DNA from: Deltaproteobacteria bacterium
GTDB taxonomy: Bacteria; Myxococcota; Myxococcia; Myxococcales; SZAS-1
Assembly: GCA_018266075.1 (NCBI GenBank)
Contig: JAFEBB010000023.1
Span: 18,407 to 82,406 of the forward strand
Direction: 5' to 3'
DNA: 64,000 bases
A program made the translations under genes and the position numbers. Positions 45,432-56,197 of this stretch are shown here, piece by piece (positions within the stretch are counted from its first letter, which is position 1; each line of letters opens with the position of its first letter). The notes under the pieces are model-generated. The model did not search any database. It was not told where the DNA came from and saw nothing but the letters and a program-made list of their open reading frames with translations.

Positions 45432-45675
45432 GCGAGCTCCGCGTGGGCCGGCTCGGCCGCCAGCCAGGAGCGAGCACCTTACCTTCGAGAGCCGCACTGC
45501 GAAAGCACACGCATGTGGCGCGTGCGTGACGCCGCGCGAACGCGCGCGAAGATTTGCTGGGCCGGAGCCTTGACTTGCTGCGTTGTGGATCGTACGGATG
45601 CGATCGATCGTCGAATTCGGATCCGGATCCGGCGAGCGGTTTCACGGAGGAGCGCATGCCGCTCCGGGGAGTGCG

Positions 45676-47592
<1,917 letters not shown>

Positions 47593-47601
47593 TATCGCGG
47601 G

Positions 47602-48393
47602 ATGCCCCCGCTCGTCGCGCTGCTGCTCATGGCCCACGCACCGTCACCGGATGCGAAGGGCCTCGCCATTGCGCAGATCGTCTACGAGGCCGAGCGCAAG
47701 CCCGACGGCGCGTGCTACCCGCTGCCCGTGAAGGAGACGTACGTGCTGACGCCCGCGGGGCTTCAGTACGGCGCCTACTTCGGCAACATGCCCACGAATA
47801 TGAATCATAACGATTCTGTTACGTGGCCCGCGGGCGAGAAGGGCAACGCGGTGCTCGAGACCGCTCGGAGGCTCGCGAATGATCCCGCGTTGGGCATGAA
47901 GGCGCTGGGCGAGCATGAGTCGACGCCGAACATGGGACTCGACGTGTACCGGGTGACCGTGCGGCTCCACTCCGCAGACTCGTCGCGCGTGGTGAGCGAT
48001 CACTCGACGCAAGCCTGGCGGGAGCTCGACGCCGCGTTCCAGGCGCTCATCGCCGACTTCGAGCGCGACACCGGCCGGCCCATGAAGCCCGAGCAGCTCT
48101 CGCAGAGCGCAGCCGTGCCGCTCGAACCGGCGGCACGCGCGACGCCGGTCGCCGAGCAGGCGCTGAAGCGCGCGTATGCGGCGTTCCGCGCCAAGAACAA
48201 GGGCGCGCCCGCGCACGATGGGCCGTGGCTGCGCGGCCTGCAGCCGAAGATCGAGAAGGACGTGCGCGGCACCACCACGGTCACGTGGACGCAGTTTGCT
48301 CCGGCAGGGTTCGAGTTCGAGGCGGTCGTCGCGCTGCCGCCGGATGGCGAGCCGAAGGTGCTCAAGGTCTCCGCGAGCTACGCGGCGGACTGA
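47602..48393 (+). CDS. Hypothetical protein (possibly exported)
   Basis: 263-aa ORF 9 nt after speA with good GC3 bias. No motif recognised. Confidence 0.6.
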   Translation: MPPLVALLLMAHAPSPDAKGLAIAQIVYEAERKPDGACYPLPVKETYVLTPAGLQYGAYFGNMPTNMNHNDSVTWPAGEKGNAVLETARRLANDPALGMKALGEHESTPNMGLDVYRVTVRLHSADSSRVVSDHSTQAWRELDAAFQALIADFERDTGRPMKPEQLSQSAAVPLEPAARATPVAEQALKRAYAAFRAKNKGAPAHDGPWLRGLQPKIEKDVRGTTTVTWTQFAPAGFEFEAVVALPPDGEPKVLKVSASYAAD

Positions 48394-48475
48394 GCGCCCG
48401 TTCGTCACCAGGTGGTCACCCTGCGCACACGGCGGCTCTGCTATGACCGCGCGCCCGCGGGGGCGCGGAGGCTTC

Positions 48476-50173
48476 ATGGCTCGCTCACTGTGCATCTCGC
48501 TGCTGATCTCGTGCGGCTGCGGCGCGATGCTTCCCGACTCGAGCCGCGTGCAGCGCAGCGCGCTCGCCGGCGACGCTGGCGCGCTCGGCACGTACAACGT
48601 CGCGCCGGGTGACGTGGCGGTGGCCGGCATCTCGTCCGGCGGCTTCATGGCCGTGCAGTTGCACGTCGCCTACTCGGCCACGTTCCAGCGCGGCGCGGCC
48701 ATCTTCGCCGGCGGACCGTTCTACTGCGCGCAGGACAGCATCGTGAACGCGATCACCACGTGCGAGACGGGCTCGCCCACGGCGTCCACGTACGAGTCAA
48801 CGACCGACAGCTACGCGAATTCGGGTGACATCGATCCCACCAGCAACCTGAGCGGCGCGCAGGTGTGGATGTGGTCGGGGACCGGGGACACCACGGTGAA
48901 GCAGTCGGTGATGGATTCGCTGCAGGGCTACTACCAGCACTACCGCGCCAACGTGACCTACGACAACACGTCGAGCTCCGGCCACGCGTGGATCTCCCCC
49001 GACGCGACGAACAGCTGCACCGTCTCGCAGACGCCTTACATCAACAACTGCAACGTGGACGCGGAGCAGCAGTTCCTCAGCCAGTTCTGGGGCTCGCTGC
49101 AGCCGAAGAGCACCGGCTCGCTCCAGGGCAGCTTCATTCCCTTCGATCAGGACGAGTTCCTCGACGACGGCAACGCGCCGGCGCACAGCATGGACGAAAC
49201 CGGATGGTTATATGTGCCGCCGAGCTGCGCCTCGGGCAGCGTGTGCCACCTCGTCGTCGCGTTGCACGGCTGCGAGCAGAACTACGGCAACGCCAATATC
49301 GGCGACACCTTCATCAAGAAGACGGGCCTCGACGAGTGGGCCGACACCAACGGCATCCTCGTGCTCTACCCGCAGACCACCACGAGCTCGTCGAACAGCA
49401 ACGCGTGCTGGGACTGGTGGGGCTACGACGACGCCAACTACGCGAAGAAGAGCGGCCACCAGATGCTGGCCATCAAGCGCATGGTCGATCGCATCACCGG
49501 CGTCGCGAGCACGAGCACCTCGACCAGCACGGGCACCACCACGACCACGGCGACCGCGACTGCGACGAGCACCAGCGGATCCGGATCCTCGACTGGCTCG
49601 ACCACGGGCGGGTTCTGCCAGATCTTCACGGACAACAACTACAACCACGTCCAGGCGGGCCGCGCGTACATCGGCAGCCCGTGCGCGGGCGGTCACGCCT
49701 GCGCGGTGGGCTCCAACGACGACATGGGGCTCTACAACACGTTCCAGACCACCACGCTCGTGGAGGCGCCGCAGGGTTACTACGCCATCGGCACGAGCTG
49801 CCCGACGTCGAGCACGAGCGCAACGGGCACCAGCGGCACGAGCACGAGCGCGACGAGCACGAGCGCAACGGGCACCAGCGTGGGCGCGTCCACGGGATCC
49901 GCCACCGGCGCGTCGACCACGAGCGATTCCTCGACGAGCACCAGCGGCGCCACCGGCGGCACGTCCACGTCGTCGAGCGGCACGGGGAGCACGACCGCAG
50001 GCTCCACGTCTGCCGGTGCAACCAGCGGCGCGAGCGCGAGCGCCACGGGCGGATCCAGCGGCAGCACCGGTGGCAGCTCCAGCGGCGGCTGCGGTTCGGC
50101 AGGCGCAGACGTCTCGATTCTGAGCCTGCTCACGCTCGTTGTGCTCCGCCGCCAGCGCACGCGGCGCGTGTAG
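48476..50173 (+). CDS. Extracellular PHB-depolymerase-family esterase (type-2 domain order), Ser/Thr-rich linkers, substrate-binding-like domain, MYXO-CTERM tail
   Basis: GGAGG lies 5 nt upstream of ATG 48476. Lipoprotein signal 'MARSLCISLLISC'. The lipase box 'GISSGGFMAV' comes first and the oxyanion region 'CHLVVALHGCEQN ... NACWDWWGY' later. 'CQIFTDNNYNHVQAGRAY' domain. Poly-S/T/G linkers. Confidence 0.75.
   Translation: MARSLCISLLISCGCGAMLPDSSRVQRSALAGDAGALGTYNVAPGDVAVAGISSGGFMAVQLHVAYSATFQRGAAIFAGGPFYCAQDSIVNAITTCETGSPTASTYESTTDSYANSGDIDPTSNLSGAQVWMWSGTGDTTVKQSVMDSLQGYYQHYRANVTYDNTSSSGHAWISPDATNSCTVSQTPYINNCNVDAEQQFLSQFWGSLQPKSTGSLQGSFIPFDQDEFLDDGNAPAHSMDETGWLYVPPSCASGSVCHLVVALHGCEQNYGNANIGDTFIKKTGLDEWADTNGILVLYPQTTTSSSNSNACWDWWGYDDANYAKKSGHQMLAIKRMVDRITGVASTSTSTSTGTTTTTATATATSTSGSGSSTGSTTGGFCQIFTDNNYNHVQAGRAYIGSPCAGGHACAVGSNDDMGLYNTFQTTTLVEAPQGYYAIGTSCPTSSTSATGTSGTSTSATSTSATGTSVGASTGSATGASTTSDSSTSTSGATGGTSTSSSGTGSTTAGSTSAGATSGASASATGGSSGSTGGSSSGGCGSAGADVSILSLLTLVVLRRQRTRRV
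50084..50170 (+). other. MYXO-CTERM (GC_trans_RRR) sorting domain of the esterase
   Basis: The C-terminus reads 'GGCGSAGADVSILSLLTLVVLRRQRTRRV'. Confidence 0.75.
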
Positions 50174-50350
50174 CCAAAGCGGTAAGAAAGCTGTCGGAGG
50201 TCCTGGCAGCTGTCCTTGTGAACGACCTGGCCCGGGGTGGGTCTGGCTAGGTTGGGTATGTGTGCGCGCGGGCGGGTGCCGGCACCGCGAGGCGCGTCGC
50301 TCTTCCCAGCAATACGGCCGAGTGCGGACCCGCGTCCGCGTGAGGAAACC

Positions 50351-52261
50351 ATGAACCTCCAACGCACGTTGATGGCGCTCTTGCCGCTGGCCGTCGCGAT
50401 CCAGCTCGGCTGTGGAAAGAGCAATCCTGCCGCGGCCAGCGGATCTTCGGGAACCACGGCGGCCACCGCGGCGGGTGCGGCCGGTGCCACCGGCGCCAGC
50501 GGCGGCTCGACCGGTGGCGCCACCACGGGCGCGACCGGCACGACCGGCGCGACCGGCACCTCGGCGACCACCGGGACCACCGCGAGCACCACGGGCAGCA
50601 CCGGCGCGGCATGTGGCAGCCAGACCTGCGGCGCCAACCAGATCTGTCAGGGTGGCACCTGCGTGAATTGCGGCGGCGCGGGCGAGGCTTGTTGCGCGGC
50701 TGGCGCGTGCGACAGCGGCAACCGCTGCGCGAACAACGTGTGCACCGCATGCGGCGCGGCGGGCGAGGCCTGCTGCACCGGCCGCACCTGCACCGCCACG
50801 GGCACCGTTTGCCAGGGCGGCAACGCCGGCACCTGCGCGCTCTGCGGCGGGCCCGGCGAGCCCTGCTGCGGCACCAACAGCTGCGACTCGGGCGGCTGCT
50901 GCGTGAACAACACCTGCGTGGGCTCGGGCTCCACCTGTCCCAACCTGGGCGGCACCTGCGCCGCCGGCGCCTGCGGCAGCTGCGGCGCGGCCGGTGACGC
51001 GTGCTGCGCCAACCAGACCTGCACCGCGTCGGCCACCGCGTGCTCCAACAACAGCTGCGTGGCCTGCGGCGGCGCGAGCCAGCCCTGCTGCGCGGGCCAG
51101 ACCTGCAGCGCGTCCGGGACTGCGTGCGGCACCAACAACACCTGCGTGGCCTGCGGCGGTGCGGGCGAGCCCTGCTGCGCCGGCAACAGCTGCACCGCGG
51201 CGGGCACGTCCTGCGACGGCAACACCAACCAGTGCGTGGCCTGCGGCGGTGCGGGCGAGGCCTGCTGCCCGGGCGACACCTGCACCGCGGCCGGCACGGC
51301 CTGCAACGGCAACGGGACCTGCGTGGCCTGCGGCGGCGCGGGCGAGGCCTGCTGCGCGGGCAACACCTGCTCCAGCGGCTGCTGTGATGCCCAGGGCAGC
51401 CGCACCTGCATCGCCGCGGGCCAGACCTGTGGCAACGGCGGCACCTGCGGGGCCTCGGGCCAGTGCACCTCCTGCGGCGGACCCTCCCAGGCGCCGTGTC
51501 CGGGCGGGACTTGCTCGGGCGGCGGGTGCGTGGACCCCTCGACGCAGACCTGCCTGCCCTCAGGCACCGGCCCTGTGTCCGGCAGCACCGTCTGCGTGGC
51601 AGGGAGCCTCCAGGCCTGCGGCGGCGCGGGCCAGCCCTGCTGCGCCGGCGATGCCTGCGGGACCAGCGGCTGCTGCGTGGCGGGCACCTGCGTGGCCTCG
51701 GGTGGCTCCTGCGGCGCGAACCTGGGCACCTGCGGCGCCAGCGGCTGCAGCCAGGGCGGGAACAACGCCTGCGGGGCCCTCGGTCAGAACTGCTGCGGCG
51801 GCGGCAACCTCGGCGGCTTCTGCGTGGTGAGCGGCTCGGTCTGCACCGGAGGCGGCGACACCTGCGCGGCCTGCGGCGGCGCCGGCCAGGCCTGCTGCGC
51901 GAACAACGCCTGCGGCTCCGGCGGCTGCTGCGCGCAAGGGACCTGCGTGAGCGCTGGCAACGCCTGCACCAACGGCGGCACCTGCCAGGCCAACAGCTGC
52001 GGCACCTGCGGCGGCCTCGGCCAGCCCTCCTGCGGCGGCGGCGGCGGCGGCGGCTGCACCGCGCCGTACACCGTCTCCCGCAACGGCACCTGCGTGGCCT
52101 GCGGCGGCGCGGACCAGCCCTGCTGCGGCGGCGACAGCTGCGGCCAGGGCTACGAGTGCGGCGGCAACGGCACCTGCCAGACCTGCGGCGGCTCCGGAGA
52201 GCGCTGCTGTGGCGGGGTGCTCTGCGCCAACGGGACCTGCAACCAGGGCCGCTGTCTATGA
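50351..52261 (+). CDS. Hyper-cysteine/glycine-rich modular lipoprotein (about 16 C-G-G-x-G-x-x-C-C modules)
   Basis: GAGGA RBS. 'MNLQRTLMALLPLAVAIQLGC' signal/lipobox. A G/T/A-rich linker of about 65 aa is followed by about 550 aa with about 108 Cys (hand count). GC3 is consistent with coding. Confidence 0.8.
   Translation: MNLQRTLMALLPLAVAIQLGCGKSNPAAASGSSGTTAATAAGAAGATGASGGSTGGATTGATGTTGATGTSATTGTTASTTGSTGAACGSQTCGANQICQGGTCVNCGGAGEACCAAGACDSGNRCANNVCTACGAAGEACCTGRTCTATGTVCQGGNAGTCALCGGPGEPCCGTNSCDSGGCCVNNTCVGSGSTCPNLGGTCAAGACGSCGAAGDACCANQTCTASATACSNNSCVACGGASQPCCAGQTCSASGTACGTNNTCVACGGAGEPCCAGNSCTAAGTSCDGNTNQCVACGGAGEACCPGDTCTAAGTACNGNGTCVACGGAGEACCAGNTCSSGCCDAQGSRTCIAAGQTCGNGGTCGASGQCTSCGGPSQAPCPGGTCSGGGCVDPSTQTCLPSGTGPVSGSTVCVAGSLQACGGAGQPCCAGDACGTSGCCVAGTCVASGGSCGANLGTCGASGCSQGGNNACGALGQNCCGGGNLGGFCVVSGSVCTGGGDTCAACGGAGQACCANNACGSGGCCAQGTCVSAGNACTNGGTCQANSCGTCGGLGQPSCGGGGGGGCTAPYTVSRNGTCVACGGADQPCCGGDSCGQGYECGGNGTCQTCGGSGERCCGGVLCANGTCNQGRCL
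50612..52258 (+). repeat. Tandem coding repeats (modules of about 28-50 codons) of the Cys-rich lipoprotein
   Basis: DNA blocks recur nearly identically, for example 'tgcgtggcctgcggcggtgcgggcgagccctgctgcgc' near 51140, 51230 and 51318. Protein modules read 'CVACGGAGEPCCAGNSCTAAGTSC...'. Confidence 0.85.
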
Positions 52262-52307
52262 GCGGCCGGCCGATCGGGGGCGCACTTCGGCGTAGAGTGC
52301 GCCACCG

Positions 52308-54851
52308 ATGCGGCCCCTGGCGATCCCCCTCGCGCTGACGCTCGCGCTCTGCGCGTGTCACCACAGCTCGCAGAATCCGCCGCCGCCCGAGCCCGTGGTC
52401 CTCGAGGCCGGCCCCGGGACGCTCACGTTCGGCGATGGCGGGACGATCGTCCTCGCACGAGGCGAGCAGACCGCGCTCACCCTCGACGCCAGCAGCTTTC
52501 AGCTCGGGCTGGTGAACGCGCCGCTCAATCTGCGCAACGACAGCTACGACCCGTACTGGCTCGAACCCGCGAACCTCGACGGCGGGTCGGTGGTGCCTGC
52601 GGGCACGCGCTTCGAGTCGGCGCAGTCGGTGAGCGTGAGCAGCGCCACCAGCGACACGGTCGTGCTCAGCCTCGCCTACCCAAGCGGCACGGCGACGCTG
52701 ACCATCAAGGCCGAGGCGCCCGGTCGCTTCTCGGCGTCGTGGGTGCCGAAAGTGACCGACGCACAGTCGGCGCTCGCGTGGCTTCGCCTCCGGCCGCACG
52801 TGGATCCGAACGAGCAGTTCTACGGGCTGGGCGAGTGGGGCGACACGGTCGCGCATCGCGGGACGCAGCGGCCGATGCAGATCGAGGTCGACGCGCTCGA
52901 GAGCGGCTACAACGAAGCGCACGCGCCCATCCCGCTGCTCATCGGCACGCGCGGCTGGGGGCTCTTCGTGGCCAGCCGTCGCGCCGGGCTCTTCGACGTC
53001 GCGCGCAAGGATCCGGCGGCCGTCGAAGCGACCTTCGCGGCGTCGCCCGCTGCCGGCGACGGGCTCGAGTTCCACCTCCTCTCCGCAGAGCCGATCGATG
53101 TAACCAAATTGTATTACGACGTGGCCGGCTATCCGAAGCTGCCCGCGCCCTGGGCGCTCGGGCCGATGATGTGGCGCAACGAGAACACCAACCAGGCCCA
53201 GATCGAGGACGACGCCGCGCAGCTCCGCAGCCGCCACCTCGCCGCCAGCGGCTACTGGTTCGACCGGCCCTACGCCACCGGCGTGAACACCTTCGACTTC
53301 GATCCGGCGAAGTTCACCGACGCCGGCGCCGCCATCGAGACGCTCCAGGCCGCGGGACTTCGCGTGGCGGTGTGGCACACGCCGTACGTGGCTGCGTCGG
53401 GCAGGGAGGCCTCGCCCACGCTCAACGCCGAAGCGGAGTCGCACGGCTACTTCCCGCCGCAGGTCGGGCTGCTCCTGAACTCATGGGGCTCGCCGATCGA
53501 CTTCACGAACGCCGACGCGACCGCGTGGTGGCAATCGCTCATCGGCGGCTACACCGCGCTGGGCATCGAGGGCTTCAAGCTCGACTTCGCCGAGGACGTT
53601 CAGGTCGGCATCAGCGGGATCCGAGATCCGTGGAAGTTCAGCGACGGCAGCGACGAGCGCACCGGGCAATCGTCCTATCCATTGCTCTACCATTCGACGT
53701 ATTCGCAGATGCTGCCGAGCGCGGGCGGCTTCTTGCTCTGCCGCACGGGTCGCTGGGGAGATCAGGTCAACGGGTGCATCATCTGGCCGGGCGACCTCGA
53801 GTCGGACTTCTCGCACGAGCGCGACGCGAAGGCCGATGGATCGCTGAGCGTGGGCGGGTTGCCGGCGGCGTTCGTGAAGGGCCTCGGCTTGGGCGCGTCG
53901 GGGCTGCCGTTCTACGCCTCGGACACTGGCGGCTTCCGCAACAGTCCGGGCAACGCCGCGCTGTGCCCTGGGCAGAGCGGCCCCTGCACGGCGGCCGCCG
54001 AGCTGTTCGTGCGCTGGGCGGAGATGTCGTCGGTGGGCACGGCGATGGAGGTGGGCAACGGCGCGAGCTTCATGCCCTGGGAGTTCTCCAACGCGAACGG
54101 CCTCGACGACGCCGCGCTCGCCACCTACCAGCGCTACGCCAGCCTCGCGATGCGGCTGTTCCCGTACAAGTGGACCTTCGCGCAGCACCTCGCCCACGAC
54201 GGCCGCGCCATTCAGCGACCGATCGGGCTCGCGTATCCGCATATGACGAACGCGCCGACCGACGAGGCGCTCCTGGGCGACGTGATCCTCGCTGCGCCGG
54301 TGCTCGCGCGGGGCCAGACCACGCGCGCGGTTCAGCTTCCCGACGGCGATTGGATCGGCTGGTGGGACGGCCAGCGCTACTCCGGCGCCATCACGGTCGA
54401 CGCGCCGCTCGACACCCTGCCGCTCTTCCTTCAGGCCGGCGGCATCGTGCCCATGTTGCGCCCGGAGATCGACACGCTCGCGCCTGCGACACAGGCCGGC
54501 GTCGAGTCCTACGCGAACGATTCAGGAATCCTCTTCGTGCGCGTGGCGCCCTCGCCGACCGCGAGCACGTTCACGGTCTTCGACGGCACCCAGCTCAGCC
54601 AGCAGCTCGCCGGTGATGGCCAGCACCTGGGGTTCACTCCCAGTGTGAGTGGCGTCTTTGCGGAGGGCGTCATCTTCGAGGTCATCGCCACCGCACAGCC
54701 GACGTCGGTGGTGAATGGCGGGGCGTCGCTCACGCGGCTCGCGAGCGTCGATGCGCTCCGAGCTCGAGACGGCTGGTTCTGGGAGTCGGCGACGGGCGGA
54801 ACGCTCTGGGTCCGCGCGAGCCACGGTCCGGTGACGCTCGTCGCCAGGTGA
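52308..54851 (+). CDS. Glycoside hydrolase family 31 (alpha-glucosidase/xylosidase-like) lipoprotein
   Basis: 'MRPLAIPLALTLALCAC' lipoprotein signal. 'GIEGFKLDFAED' (nucleophile region), 'IWPGDLESDF', 'YASDTGGF' (acid/base region). 847 aa. Confidence 0.8.
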   Translation: MRPLAIPLALTLALCACHHSSQNPPPPEPVVLEAGPGTLTFGDGGTIVLARGEQTALTLDASSFQLGLVNAPLNLRNDSYDPYWLEPANLDGGSVVPAGTRFESAQSVSVSSATSDTVVLSLAYPSGTATLTIKAEAPGRFSASWVPKVTDAQSALAWLRLRPHVDPNEQFYGLGEWGDTVAHRGTQRPMQIEVDALESGYNEAHAPIPLLIGTRGWGLFVASRRAGLFDVARKDPAAVEATFAASPAAGDGLEFHLLSAEPIDVTKLYYDVAGYPKLPAPWALGPMMWRNENTNQAQIEDDAAQLRSRHLAASGYWFDRPYATGVNTFDFDPAKFTDAGAAIETLQAAGLRVAVWHTPYVAASGREASPTLNAEAESHGYFPPQVGLLLNSWGSPIDFTNADATAWWQSLIGGYTALGIEGFKLDFAEDVQVGISGIRDPWKFSDGSDERTGQSSYPLLYHSTYSQMLPSAGGFLLCRTGRWGDQVNGCIIWPGDLESDFSHERDAKADGSLSVGGLPAAFVKGLGLGASGLPFYASDTGGFRNSPGNAALCPGQSGPCTAAAELFVRWAEMSSVGTAMEVGNGASFMPWEFSNANGLDDAALATYQRYASLAMRLFPYKWTFAQHLAHDGRAIQRPIGLAYPHMTNAPTDEALLGDVILAAPVLARGQTTRAVQLPDGDWIGWWDGQRYSGAITVDAPLDTLPLFLQAGGIVPMLRPEIDTLAPATQAGVESYANDSGILFVRVAPSPTASTFTVFDGTQLSQQLAGDGQHLGFTPSVSGVFAEGVIFEVIATAQPTSVVNGGASLTRLASVDALRARDGWFWESATGGTLWVRASHGPVTLVAR

Positions 54852-55991
54852 TCAGTGCATCGACGCGTCCGGGCTCATCGCCGGCGCGCTCACGGCCAGC
54901 GCGAGCTCCGGCAACGTCACCGTGAACGTGGCGCCTCGGCCCGAGCCTTCGCTCTCCGCCTTCACCGTGCCGCCGTGCAGATCCACCAGCCCGCGCACGA
55001 TGGAGAGCCCAAGCCCCAGGCCGCGCGCGTGGTGGTTGCCGTTCGGCGCCTGGAACGCGCGGAAGAGCACGCTGGCGTGCGCGCGCTCGAAGCCGCCGCC
55101 GTTGTCGGTCACCTGGAGACGAACCTGGCCCATGGCGCTGGCCAGCGTCACCTGCACCCGGCCGCCCTCCGGCGTGAACTTGAGCGAGTTGTGCAGCAGG
55201 TGGAAGACCACCTTCTCGAGCTGCTGCGGATCGCCGCGGATCCACGCGGGCTGTGCCGCGAGCAGGAGCTCCAGGTCGAGGTGCTGCTGGTCGAAGGCGG
55301 GTTGGAGCCGGCTCGCGACCTGGCCCACCAGCCGCGCGAGATCCGTCGGCTCGGGCCTGTAGGTGGCGCGGTGCTGGGCCACATCGGCGGCGTCGATCAC
55401 GCTGTCGACGAGGTGCGCTTGCAGCCACGCCTTGCCCTCGATCACCGAGAGCCCGCGCTCCAGGAGGCGCGGCGTGCGCTCCACCCGCCGCAAGAGCCGC
55501 GACCAGGTGATGATCGACGTCAGCGGCGTGCGCAGCTCGTGCGAGACCGCGCTCAGGATCTGGTCCTTCAGTCGGTCGGCGGCCATCGCGGCGTCGGCGC
55601 GCGCGATGGCCTGGTTGCGCAGCGCGCGCAGCCGGTTCGACTGCCGGCAGAGCGCGTCCACCACGGCTGTGAAGGCGACGATGAGCAGGCTCGCCAGCAT
55701 GTGGTTGATCATCACCACGGCGTGGCTGCCGCCGATGGGGGCCGCACCGTAGACGCTGTCGAGCTGGTTGATCACGACCAACACCAGACCGACCAGCCAG
55801 ATGAACCCCACCCGGCGTGTCCAGTGTGCCGCCAGGAGCGGAGCCACATAGAGAATGCCCACCGAGATGTCCTCGGGGGTCATCAGATCGACGATGCCCA
55901 CCCCAGCGGTGAGGCCGGCCGCGGCGAGCGCCGGCCCCGCCCGGAGGGCGTCGTTCTCGTTTCTGAATTGCCGATACTCAAGGGAGCCCAT
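54852..55991 (-). CDS. Membrane sensor histidine kinase (orphan)
   Basis: GGAGG lies 6 nt upstream of ATG 55991. N-terminal TM helices, H-box 'SAVSHELRTPLTSI', HATPase 'HNSLKFTPEGG', 'DNGGGF', 'GLGLGLSIV'. Its stop directly abuts the GH31 stop. Confidence 0.85.
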   Translation of the reverse strand: MGSLEYRQFRNENDALRAGPALAAAGLTAGVGIVDLMTPEDISVGILYVAPLLAAHWTRRVGFIWLVGLVLVVINQLDSVYGAAPIGGSHAVVMINHMLASLLIVAFTAVVDALCRQSNRLRALRNQAIARADAAMAADRLKDQILSAVSHELRTPLTSIITWSRLLRRVERTPRLLERGLSVIEGKAWLQAHLVDSVIDAADVAQHRATYRPEPTDLARLVGQVASRLQPAFDQQHLDLELLLAAQPAWIRGDPQQLEKVVFHLLHNSLKFTPEGGRVQVTLASAMGQVRLQVTDNGGGFERAHASVLFRAFQAPNGNHHARGLGLGLSIVRGLVDLHGGTVKAESEGSGRGATFTVTLPELALAVSAPAMSPDASMH

Positions 55992-56197
55992 GGCGCACCT
56001 CCGTGCAGGCGCGGCGCCGGCGGCAGGCTGGTCGGAGTCGGCTACGCCCACAGGGCGCTCTGCCAAATCATTTGTGCACGGTCGCGTCGTCGGGTGAGCC
56101 CCAGGCCCACGTGGAGGGGCGCCCGAACGGGCGAATCGCCGGTTGCCAGGCGTGCGCGGTTGTTTTAGTTCGCTCGCTCTCCCGGAGAAACCTCATC

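Noticed and set aside
45615-45635. GAATTC-GGATCC-GGATCC (EcoRI-BamHI-BamHI) as a sign of cloning-vector contamination or an engineered site.
   Set aside because: The flanking sequence is continuous native-looking high-GC DNA. The same GGATCCGGATCC 12-mer also occurs inside the esterase coding region (49577-49588) as Gly-Ser codons. Coincidence is more likely.
50275-50337. The perfect 12-bp palindrome GGTGCCGGCACC (50275-50286) and the inverted repeat GCGGACccgcGTCCGC (50322-50337) upstream of the Cys-rich gene, as operators.
   Set aside because: Short GC-only palindromes are expected frequently by chance in DNA of this composition. There is no second copy or supporting context in the window.
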